Shown: positions 52,365 through 61,459 of the stretch, piece by piece
Layout: the number at the start of each line of letters is the position of its first letter
How positions within the stretch are numbered: position 1 is the first letter of the stretch
NCBI GenBank assembly: GCA_026195895.1
Contig: JAPHRO010000042.1
Span: 19,086 to 83,085, forward strand
Direction: 5' to 3'
Length of the DNA: 64,000 bases
Source of the DNA: Gammaproteobacteria bacterium
GTDB taxonomy: Bacteria > Pseudomonadota > Gammaproteobacteria > SZUA-229
Program-made: the position numbers and the translations under genes
The notes under the pieces: generated by a model
Databases searched by the model: none
What the model was told of the DNA's origin: nothing
What the model saw: only the letters and a program-made list of their open reading frames with translations

Positions 52365-52757
52365 TTAAATAGTTTCTTTGTAAGCTTTATATGCACGTTC
52401 GATAATCATATTTAATTTCACCAAATCCACCGGCTTGGCAAAAAACTCAAATGCCCCAGAATCAACAGCACGTTTTGCATTCGTTTTCTCATCAGAGCCT
52501 GAAACGATAACTACTTTGGTGCCTGGTGCCTCTTCCAGAATTTGCTTTAATATTGCGAAACCTTCATTGCTGCCTTCAGCATCAGGCGGCAGTCCTAAAT
52601 CCAGTGTCACTACCGCTGGATGGTATTTACTAAACTGCTCCAGTGCATCCGCCCTGTTTTCTGCAGTCACTACATCAAAGCCCTCGAATCCCCACTTTAA
52701 CTGGCTACGGATGCCTGGATCATCATCAACAATAAGTATTTTTGGATTTTCAGCCAT
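52365..52757 (-). CDS. single-domain response regulator, paralog of the PrsR receiver
   Basis: VDDD, TLDLGLPPD, KP; start overlaps the prsK stop. Confidence 0.88.
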   Translation of the reverse strand: MAENPKILIVDDDPGIRSQLKWGFEGFDVVTAENRADALEQFSKYHPAVVTLDLGLPPDAEGSNEGFAILKQILEEAPGTKVVIVSGSDEKTNAKRAVDSGAFEFFAKPVDLVKLNMIIERAYKAYKETI

Positions 52758-54891
52758 CTTGTTTTCTCTTTTCACGCTCATTTAGCTGAACAACCTGGGG
52801 GTGCTGATCAACACTTTCGTTTTGACTAATCGGTATTTTTAGCCTGAATAAAGACCCCTTGTCGAGCTGGCTTTCTACATCCAGCTCACCACCCAGTTTA
52901 TGCACATATTCTCTTACCTGAAAGACGCCTATTCCCATGGTTCCCTTGGTAGATTCAAATGGCTGGAACAGGCGCTCATGAATAAATGCTTCGTCCATGC
53001 CGCAACCCGTATCCTCCACTTCGATTATTGCATGATTACCCTGCCGCTTCAGGCGTACCGTGATGCGGTCATCTTCATTGGTTGCATCCTGTGCATTCTG
53101 GATAAGATGCGCCAGATTAGCAGCCATACGATCCCGATCAGCCGTAATCATTAATTCCTGCGTCTGACAGTTCAATACTGGAATCGGTAAAGTACCTGCT
53201 CTGCTACAGTTCCCTACTGTCTCCTCCATTAGCTGGCACAGACTAAACGCGGCCACGCCCTCTTCTGATTCTCCTTTTAAACGAGACAGAAGCTTATTCA
53301 TCTTATTTACCGAATTCTCCACCGTGCTAATAGCATCATCTATAAACATAGGATTGTTTTTGTGCCTGGCCGCATTAGACACAACCATCGATAGCTGCCC
53401 GACCATATTCTTGATATCGTGAACAATAAAGGCAGATAGCCGATTCACTTCTTCAAAACGTCTGGAACCTGCAAGTGCCAGAGCAGCTTCCTGCTGCGCC
53501 AGATGACTGGCCGCCTGGCGACCTGCGGTTTTCAACAAATCACTATCTTCCCAATTGAAAAAGTTCTGATGCGCGGGTGAACGGCTTAATATAATAAATC
53601 CAAGCATTGAATCCTGTAGCATTAAAGGTACGACCAACCAGGCGTCTTTCATTGACTCCAGCCATTCTGGAATTTCCAGTGGCGCCAGACGAGTATAAAC
53701 CTCAGGATTATTCCTGAATTCATCAAGCCTGATTACAAATTGCTGATCTTCCAGAAAACGAATGAGGGCATGATCAACTGACTCTCTTGCATTGATCAAT
53801 TCGGTATTCCAGCGTTCCTCTGGCTCAAAACAACCGTTTTCACGGCGCATCCATAACATACCGCCAGGGCTGTCAATAATTTGCGCCAGAGAACGAATAG
53901 CACGCTCGTGCAGCCTGACCGCTTCATTTCCTGTAGAGAGAGTACGAATAATCCGCAGCCACTCTTCGCGATAATCATATTTATAATGAAAGAAATGCTT
54001 ATCTATTAGCACCTTAAGCCGGGCGCGTACACGCCTTGAAAACATTAATACGGCCAGCATTAGTACTGCGCCAAAAATAAATGTAGCTTGCGCAACCAGG
54101 CCCCAGGTACCGCCTAAGTCACGCACATAGAAACCACCAACACCAATAACAATCATATAAATGCCGGCAGCTAGTAGTGTGGTGGTATGAAATACAATTC
54201 TCCGTGACAGGAAAATATCGATTGTGTCCTTGCCTATTGACCATTGCATCTCACGCTTGATAGCCACGCCTATCAAGGGAACCACCATCGCATGAATAAA
54301 GCCACGAGCATTCCAGAGCTCATTATCAATGCGCTGGAACAGGAAGGCATCTGAGTAGAGATAAAAATCATAGGCAAACATACTGCCTATACCCAGCCAT
54401 AAAAACTTAAGAGCTACGCGATGCTCTTCAGCTGTATTACGATAGAGTTGCTCAATAATAACAAGGCCACCGATAGAAATAAGCAAATGACCGATAAGAA
54501 TGTCGTTACCGGCAATAAACTCAAAAACCGAACCGCCGGAAATACGATATTGAGCCAGTAACATCAGCCCAATAATAAAAACCGATAATCCTGCAAATGT
54601 CAGTCTGAAACGACTGGAAACCTGTTCAGTAGATTTATACGCAGTCCGCAACATGACCAACAGAAAAGCGAACCAGGCGAGAGAACGTAATAATTCAAGA
54701 ATTAATGTTGCGCTCAACAGGCCACCATAAGCAGCCTGGTAGGTAACCGCAGCTGACCACAAGGCACTTGCGATTGCCGCAATAGCCAACATGCGCTTGG
54801 GAAGATTTTCTCGCTGACCGGTTAGCATAACCAGCCCTAATATGAGAAATAAGGCTGTTGCCAGACCAAAGCTAATGACTTCAATTAGCAT
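52750..54891 (-). CDS. prsK: PEP-CTERM system histidine kinase PrsK
   Basis: TM N-terminus, KHFFHYKYDYREEW, GAF, FIVHDIKN H-box, NAQDA, D.GCGM, GMGIG. Confidence 0.9.
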   Translation of the reverse strand: MLIEVISFGLATALFLILGLVMLTGQRENLPKRMLAIAAIASALWSAAVTYQAAYGGLLSATLILELLRSLAWFAFLLVMLRTAYKSTEQVSSRFRLTFAGLSVFIIGLMLLAQYRISGGSVFEFIAGNDILIGHLLISIGGLVIIEQLYRNTAEEHRVALKFLWLGIGSMFAYDFYLYSDAFLFQRIDNELWNARGFIHAMVVPLIGVAIKREMQWSIGKDTIDIFLSRRIVFHTTTLLAAGIYMIVIGVGGFYVRDLGGTWGLVAQATFIFGAVLMLAVLMFSRRVRARLKVLIDKHFFHYKYDYREEWLRIIRTLSTGNEAVRLHERAIRSLAQIIDSPGGMLWMRRENGCFEPEERWNTELINARESVDHALIRFLEDQQFVIRLDEFRNNPEVYTRLAPLEIPEWLESMKDAWLVVPLMLQDSMLGFIILSRSPAHQNFFNWEDSDLLKTAGRQAASHLAQQEAALALAGSRRFEEVNRLSAFIVHDIKNMVGQLSMVVSNAARHKNNPMFIDDAISTVENSVNKMNKLLSRLKGESEEGVAAFSLCQLMEETVGNCSRAGTLPIPVLNCQTQELMITADRDRMAANLAHLIQNAQDATNEDDRITVRLKRQGNHAIIEVEDTGCGMDEAFIHERLFQPFESTKGTMGIGVFQVREYVHKLGGELDVESQLDKGSLFRLKIPISQNESVDQHPQVVQLNEREKRKQDG

Positions 54892-55144
54892 TAATTGATT
54901 GTTTCCGTTAGAAATTTCTTATTTAGCAATGACTAATACTCGATATATTAATAATATTTTTTCAGTCGAGGATAATTTAAACGTCAAATATCTATGGCAC
55001 TATAGACTATCATACATACGACTCGAATAATTCTATATATAGATTAGTAATCAAGTACTTACTATTATTTTTGTGTTTTATTGCGATGAAATATTGATGC
55101 TACCAGGTGAAGAACAAATGGCAACTGGTTTTAAATCTCATCCA

Positions 55145-55169
55145 ACCTTCTCCCATAGTGGGAGAAGGT
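55145..55169. terminator. perfect hairpin downstream of TPR gene (terminator or REP-like)
   Basis: ACCTTCTCCCA-TAG-TGGGAGAAGGT. Confidence 0.5.
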
Positions 55170-55216
55170 ATATAAGGAAGATATTTAAGATTAAAAAGAA
55201 TATTACATAGCTACAG

Positions 55217-57625
55217 TTAAATAGTATCTAACAGTTTTTTAGCTTCGTCTTTTCCTATGAAATTTTGATCACTATTTACAGCCATTTCCAGGTGTTTTTT
55301 CGCATTGTTCTTTTCATTATTTTGATACAGGGCGTAACCCAGGTGATATTGAAACACAGCGACTTTAGGCGCTTTTTTTACTACTTCTTTTAATATCTGA
55401 GATGCCTTCTGATTATCACCTGACTTGGCATAAGCCCATCCTAAGGTATCTTGTAATGCTGGTTGTTTTATATTTTCAAAACCCATCGCCAGATCCAGGG
55501 CTTTTTTAACATCACTCTGCGATCCGTAATCTAATAATAGCGCAGCTAAATTATTCTCGGCCAGTTTATTATTTGGGGTTTCTACCAATAATTTATTATA
55601 TGTATTTATTGCATCCTTATAATTTCCATTTCTTTCATACAAGGCTGCTATTTTCATATAAAAAGGCGATTTATTTGAAACTTCAGCAATTGCCTGATTG
55701 TAGACATCAATAGCTTTTGCAACATCATTATCTGCCAGGTATGTAGCCGCTAAATTATTATATGGTATCGCCCAGGTTTTTGAATTACTGATAGCCTTGT
55801 TAAAATAGTTTCTAGCTGTAGGAATATCTTCTAGAAGCATATAAATTTGACCCAACAACAGTTGAGAAACTGCATCAGAAGAATTATTTTCCAATCGTTT
55901 ATTCAAACGAGTAATAGCCTGTTCTGGCTTTTTCTGTATTAAATATACTTTAACTATTTGATCCAATACAGAGTACTTATTATTCGTTTTGTTCAATGCC
56001 TCATCAAACTCTACAATTGCTGAATCAAACTGCCGTTTGGCCAGATGATATTGGCCTTTCTTCATATAAACTTCATATTTTTCTGGTGAGCTACGTTTCA
56101 TAGCATCAATAATTGATAGTATTTGAACTTCATCATTTTTTGCAGCTACCAGCTTAAGCTTAAGATCCAGCAAATCGTAGTTATCTTTGAAATAGGCCAG
56201 TGCTTTTTCTACAACATTAAGCGCGTCATCCTGCCTCTTCTTCTGCACAAGATAATTTGCATAATTAAAATGAGTTTCATGATTAATGGGATTCGACTCT
56301 ATAGCTTTTTTCAACTCATTTTCTGCCAGCGAACTCTCATTATTCATTTCGTGAGCTCGTGCTAATAACAAAGCCGCCTCAGCATTTTTTGGTTCATTTT
56401 TGACAACTGTGCGTAACCCATTGATTGCCGGAACTGCATCAAAATTTCTTAGATGCAATTTCCCCGCAGTTAACAGGGCATCATTATTATTGGGATATTC
56501 ACCAAGCACCTGATCAACATATTTTTTTGCTCCAAAATAATCATTCTCCTCCAGCAAAATAACTGCAAGTTTATTTCTTGCCTTTACTCCTTCAGGATCA
56601 AAAGATTTCTCATTAATTATTTTTTTATAAATATCTTTAGCATCATTTCTTTGCCCAATTCCCTTATGAAATTTCGCCATTGCAAATTTTAACTCATATA
56701 AATCCGGCTTTTGCTGGATAGCCGACTTTAGCTCATTAATCGCTTCTTCAACAGTTACTCTTGACGATAAGAATTCGACAAGAATAAGATAGCGTCGCGC
56801 ATCTTCGTCATCATCTTTTATTCCCTGCCTTAAAACCTGCTCCGCTTTATCTAGCTGACCAGATGTTGCATAGAATGATCCTAATGCCACCTGTAAGCCA
56901 TACTTGTCAGGATCAATATTTATTGCTTCTTTCAGATATTTCTCTGCCAGATCATATTTCCTGTTTTTGGCGTGTAATTTTGCAAGACTAATTCGCAGTG
57001 AAATATTATTTTTGTTATTTTCCACACCACTAGTTAATAATCTTTCAGCTTTCGCGTCTTCTTTATTTGCCAAATATATGCCAGCAAGCAGGCTAATGCC
57101 TTCAACAAGTTTAATATCTTTTCTAACTACAGCCTCAATATCTGCAATTGCTCTTGATTTATTACCTGTTTTATATTCAATAGTTGCTAAAATTAGATCC
57201 GCCTCTGAATTCGCTGGATCCTCTTGTTTTACTTCCTGCAATATTTTATTTGCTTCTGAAATAAATTTTTCAGTGCCGGCAATAACATATATTCTTGCAA
57301 GTTTAATCTTGGCCAATGTATGTTTTTTATCTAATTCAATGACTTTCCTATAATTCCCTAAGGCCTTGCCTAATTCCTGATTCTTTTCCTCCATCTGCCC
57401 CATGTAAAAATAAGCTTCCGCAAATTTTGGATCTATTTGAATCACATTCTTGAATTCAATTTTTGCCTTTTCTAAATTATTTTCTTCCAGATAAGCTTTT
57501 CCTTTTTCCAGGTACTTAACCTTACGTTCTTCCGCTCCACCACATGAAGCCAATACCACCATAATTGATAATATTGAAATTAATTTCGTAATACCCATAA
57601 ATGACTTCATGTATTTCATCTCCAC
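55217..57625 (-). CDS. TPR-repeat lipoprotein, PrsT-like (copy 2)
   Basis: Lipobox LASC; colinear paralog of 47932-50307 (YLEKGKAY...AKIEFKN..QIDPK, FQYHLG). Confidence 0.82.
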   Translation of the reverse strand: MEMKYMKSFMGITKLISILSIMVVLASCGGAEERKVKYLEKGKAYLEENNLEKAKIEFKNVIQIDPKFAEAYFYMGQMEEKNQELGKALGNYRKVIELDKKHTLAKIKLARIYVIAGTEKFISEANKILQEVKQEDPANSEADLILATIEYKTGNKSRAIADIEAVVRKDIKLVEGISLLAGIYLANKEDAKAERLLTSGVENNKNNISLRISLAKLHAKNRKYDLAEKYLKEAINIDPDKYGLQVALGSFYATSGQLDKAEQVLRQGIKDDDEDARRYLILVEFLSSRVTVEEAINELKSAIQQKPDLYELKFAMAKFHKGIGQRNDAKDIYKKIINEKSFDPEGVKARNKLAVILLEENDYFGAKKYVDQVLGEYPNNNDALLTAGKLHLRNFDAVPAINGLRTVVKNEPKNAEAALLLARAHEMNNESSLAENELKKAIESNPINHETHFNYANYLVQKKRQDDALNVVEKALAYFKDNYDLLDLKLKLVAAKNDEVQILSIIDAMKRSSPEKYEVYMKKGQYHLAKRQFDSAIVEFDEALNKTNNKYSVLDQIVKVYLIQKKPEQAITRLNKRLENNSSDAVSQLLLGQIYMLLEDIPTARNYFNKAISNSKTWAIPYNNLAATYLADNDVAKAIDVYNQAIAEVSNKSPFYMKIAALYERNGNYKDAINTYNKLLVETPNNKLAENNLAALLLDYGSQSDVKKALDLAMGFENIKQPALQDTLGWAYAKSGDNQKASQILKEVVKKAPKVAVFQYHLGYALYQNNEKNNAKKHLEMAVNSDQNFIGKDEAKKLLDTI

Positions 57626-57746
57626 CTTTTAAATAGTCCTTTAAGGAACTAGATATAAATTATTGTAATGTTGTAATTCTTAAAATTTAGTATTGATATA
57701 TAACTTCTTCTTTCAACTTATTTTCTTAATTCGACTTTAAAGCGCT

Positions 57747-57878
57747 AGATCCCTCCGCTTTGGTCGGGATGACAACTACCTTAGTCGGGACAACTGCTTT
57801 AGTCACTATGACAACTGCCTTAGTCGCGATGACGCTGCTTTGGCCGGGATGATAGCTGCTTAAAGCCAGATATCAATT
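57747..57878. repeat. degenerate ~21-bp tandem repeat, 6 units
   Basis: Units GCTTTGGTCGGGATGACAACT / ACCTTAGTCGGGACAACT / GCTTTAGTCACTATGACAACT / GCCTTAGTCGCGATGACGCT / GCTTTGGCCGGGATGATAGCT / GCTTAAAGCCAGATATCAATT. Confidence 0.75.
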
Positions 57879-58022
57879 GCGTATTTTTAACGTTTAGTGA
57901 TTTTAAAATCAAGGTAAATTGTAATTATTGAGAGCCTGACTGCACTTTACTAGGTATATCCTCATTTACAAACCCCAACAAATAATCATCTCTCCCGAAT
58001 TTTAATATATACTAATTTTCGA

Positions 58023-59765
58023 TTAACAGGAATATTCCCTCTCCTCATCACCAATAAATCCTTCACGCAATAAATAAAGCATAATTTCCTGCGCGGCCTC
58101 CATTGGGGCTATATCAGTAGTATCAATTCGAAGCTCAGGAATTTCCGGTGCTTCATAAGGATCACTAATACCGGTAAACTGTTTTATCTCTCCCTTTCGA
58201 GCCCTGGCATACAATCCTTTACGATCACGTTTTTCACATTCTTCTAATGGAGTCGCCACATGAATCTCTATAAACGCGCCATATTTTGCATTTTGTTCAC
58301 GTACATATTTTCTTATTGCAGTATAGGGTGCTATTGGGGCACAAATTGCTATACCACCGTTTTTGTTAATAACACTGGCAACATAACCGATTCTTTTAAT
58401 ATTAATGTCTCGGTGTTCTTTACTGAACCCCAGTTCACTTGATAGATAATGACGCACAACATCACCATCGAGCAGTGTTACCGGTCTCTTGCCCTCTTCT
58501 ATGAATTTTGAATAGATTATTTTGGCCAGGGTTGATTTTCCGGAACCCGATAGCCCGGTAAAAAATAGCGTTATGCCGGTTTTAGATCGTGGTTTACAGA
58601 TTTTCTTAAGTTCTGAAATAACTTCAGGATAACTAAACCAGCCAGGTATTTCCTGACCCAACTGAAGACTTTCATGGAGCTGTTTATCTTTAAACAGTTG
58701 ACCTTCCAGATTCTGTTCAGTTATTTCTTCAACAGGTATAAATTTATCCAGTTCACTCACATAACGCCTTTCCCTGATCGTCACCATTTCTATTTCCAGC
58801 TCATTCTGATATTGCTGCATTAATTCCTGCGATGCATACTGCTTATAAAATCGTTCCTCGCCCTGCCTTACATTAGGGGGTGCTGCATGCTCGGAACCGA
58901 TAATAATATGTGAACAACCATAATTCTGCCGGATGATGGCGTTATGAATAGCCTCTCTGGGTCCTGCCATACGCATAGCCTGGGGCAGCAGGGACAACAT
59001 CACCATATGTCTGGGATAATGTTTCTGTATCGCCTGATAACACTGTACTCGGGTGTGATATTGCAAATCCCCCGGCTTACTCAAACCGACGACCGGGTGT
59101 AATAATATATGCGCGCCTACTTCCTTCGCCGCCTCAAGTGTAATATCCCGATGCACCCTGTGCATTGGCTTACTGGTACCAAACGCGACTACACGCCGCC
59201 AGCCATGTTTTTTAAACAAATGACGTAGTTCTTCAGGCGTATCTCTGAGAGTTTCAAAATCATAATGTACTGGTAACTGGATGCCTTCGACAGTACCGCC
59301 GATATAGTATTCCTTAACCTGGTTCAGCAAATAATCAACACCGGGATGATGTTCTGATGTGGTTCCATACACCGCCTCAGCTTCAGCACGTTTATCCGCC
59401 TTCCAGATATCTTCTACATGCAGTACCGCTAGCATAAAACCCTCAGGGTCCTGCAAGGCGATACTGTCACCAGGACTCAATTGCTGTACCTGCTTTGCAT
59501 CCACATCAAGGGTGATGGGTATAGTCCACAACAATCCACTAGAGAGACGCATAGACGATAGAACAGAGTCATAATCTTTTTGCGTCATAAAACCTGTTAA
59601 CGGACTTAACGCACCGTTTAACAGCATTTCAAGATCGCAAAACTGGCGTTGGCTCAGAGTGATGGAATAATAGTGCTCAGACTCGTGCTTAAGAACTTCT
59701 GCTCGCTCAGGACTACAGATTAGATTTACCAGCTCACCGCCATAAGGTTTTACTAAAGTTGTCAT
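58023..59765 (-). CDS. cysC: Sat-CysC fusion: APS kinase with degenerate ATP sulfurylase domain
   Basis: C-terminal FTGLSGSGKST, LLDGDVVR, FTGISDPYE intact; N-terminal sulfurylase fold has FGTSKPMHRVH and IGSEHA in place of FQTRNPxHxxH and VGRDHA. Confidence 0.85.
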   Translation of the reverse strand: MTTLVKPYGGELVNLICSPERAEVLKHESEHYYSITLSQRQFCDLEMLLNGALSPLTGFMTQKDYDSVLSSMRLSSGLLWTIPITLDVDAKQVQQLSPGDSIALQDPEGFMLAVLHVEDIWKADKRAEAEAVYGTTSEHHPGVDYLLNQVKEYYIGGTVEGIQLPVHYDFETLRDTPEELRHLFKKHGWRRVVAFGTSKPMHRVHRDITLEAAKEVGAHILLHPVVGLSKPGDLQYHTRVQCYQAIQKHYPRHMVMLSLLPQAMRMAGPREAIHNAIIRQNYGCSHIIIGSEHAAPPNVRQGEERFYKQYASQELMQQYQNELEIEMVTIRERRYVSELDKFIPVEEITEQNLEGQLFKDKQLHESLQLGQEIPGWFSYPEVISELKKICKPRSKTGITLFFTGLSGSGKSTLAKIIYSKFIEEGKRPVTLLDGDVVRHYLSSELGFSKEHRDINIKRIGYVASVINKNGGIAICAPIAPYTAIRKYVREQNAKYGAFIEIHVATPLEECEKRDRKGLYARARKGEIKQFTGISDPYEAPEIPELRIDTTDIAPMEAAQEIMLYLLREGFIGDEEREYSC

Positions 59766-59826
59766 AAATAAGTTACCAAACAATACTTCTTAAATTCCCT
59801 CTTAAAAAAAGAGGGACCGGAGTAGA

Positions 59827-61446
59827 TTAAAACCCTCTAACAGCCACAATAGCCAAAACACTCAAGATACTTAGCCTGATCAAAGCCCATCGACCCGATA
59901 TTATATTTAACAGGGTTTCAGACGCATAAAATAAAACAATTAATCTAAGCGCCATTTCACCAATATGGCCTTCTTCAAATCCCATATCAGGTATATTGGG
60001 CACCACTATAACCAGCGACACCACGAGATAGTCTAACGGCGTGACCTGGAATGACTTATCCACCGAAAACCTGACTCGAAGCGCAAAGGCAATCGCTAGA
60101 AGCACAAACACATAATTAAGCATTTGACTATATTGCGGCTTGACAACATCAGTATCCAGCAAAAGATAAACAGCCATAACACAAACAATATAAACAATCG
60201 CCTTTTCGATAACTGTCACCTTGCCTCGGGCCAATAAAATATTAATGATAAACACTGCAAGTAAAATGGCTGATAATACTGCGAGGTCAGAATGAACTAT
60301 CTCAGAAAGCAAAACAGTAGCTAGCAACACCAGTGGCACACCGACTTTTAATAACCATGTCGGCCCTGCAGTAAGCCAGCCGGAATCACGCATTCTCCTG
60401 ACCAAATTCCTGAGTGCGGATCCCTTCTCTACATCCGATTTATGAAACTTCCATTTCTGCCTGTCGGCAATGTAGAAAAATGACAGCACGAGCAAACTAA
60501 ATGACAAATAACTTAGCAATAGCAATAAGTCCGATTCATACCGCAGCACATAAGCTGATACAATCAGTACAGACTGGACAATATAAATCAACATGACCGC
60601 TTCGTAATGGTCAAAGCCAAGAGCGAGTAATTTATGATGTATATGATTTTTATCGGGTGAAAAAGGTGACCGCTTTTCATAAATTCGTTGCGACATTACG
60701 GCTACCGTATCGAGTATTGGCAAGCCCAGAATTATCAGGGGCAGAACCGGGCTCATTGCAGTATTAACATTCTGGGTTAAAATAATTGCTAATACACCTG
60801 CGCTAAATCCCAGGAATTGACTTCCGGTATCGCCCATAAATAGTCTTGCTGGATAAGTATTATGCCGCAGGAAACCAAATATCGAACCCGCTACGGCCAT
60901 ACAAACCAGTACAACATTGACACCTTCCGCCTGCAATGCCAGCAGGCCTATAGCACATAAAGAAAGCAATGTCGTGCCACCCGCAAGACCATCGAGTCCA
61001 TCGGATAAATTTATTGCATTGGTAATACCAACAAGTGCAAATACAGTAAATGGAATCGCTAGTGCATCTGGTAAATCACCTACAAATGGCACTATTCTCA
61101 GAACGACATCACCATAAATCACAACGATAAGAACCGCTATAATCTGACCCAGAAATTTTATTTTATAATCCAGATCGCTACGATCATCCCATATACCAAA
61201 GAAAAGTAAGACAAGAAAACCCGCCAGCAAACTGATGATTTGATTGTCAAATTCAGCCCATAACACAATTGATAAAACAGAGCCAATAAGCATGGCAATG
61301 CCACCTACCCGAGGTATGGCACTGGTATGCACTTTGCGCGCATCAGGTAAATCTATTGCACCGATTTTATCCGCCCATTTCATAATAGGCGGTATTAAAA
61401 TCATAGTGACAACTAAAGCCACGAAAAAGCCAAACAGAAACAGCAT
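59827..61446 (-). CDS. MraY/WecA-family undecaprenyl-phosphate sugar-1-phosphate transferase with C-terminal membrane extension
   Basis: DLPDARKVH..PRVGG, GIWDD, NAINLSDGLDGL, FMGDTGS, DKNHIHH. Confidence 0.9.
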   Translation of the reverse strand: MLFLFGFFVALVVTMILIPPIMKWADKIGAIDLPDARKVHTSAIPRVGGIAMLIGSVLSIVLWAEFDNQIISLLAGFLVLLFFGIWDDRSDLDYKIKFLGQIIAVLIVVIYGDVVLRIVPFVGDLPDALAIPFTVFALVGITNAINLSDGLDGLAGGTTLLSLCAIGLLALQAEGVNVVLVCMAVAGSIFGFLRHNTYPARLFMGDTGSQFLGFSAGVLAIILTQNVNTAMSPVLPLIILGLPILDTVAVMSQRIYEKRSPFSPDKNHIHHKLLALGFDHYEAVMLIYIVQSVLIVSAYVLRYESDLLLLLSYLSFSLLVLSFFYIADRQKWKFHKSDVEKGSALRNLVRRMRDSGWLTAGPTWLLKVGVPLVLLATVLLSEIVHSDLAVLSAILLAVFIINILLARGKVTVIEKAIVYIVCVMAVYLLLDTDVVKPQYSQMLNYVFVLLAIAFALRVRFSVDKSFQVTPLDYLVVSLVIVVPNIPDMGFEEGHIGEMALRLIVLFYASETLLNIISGRWALIRLSILSVLAIVAVRGF

Positions 61447-61459
61447 GAGTTACGGCCTA

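Noticed and set aside
57747-57878. CRISPR array
   Set aside because: Units are directly adjacent, degenerate and have no unique spacers; no cas genes in the window.
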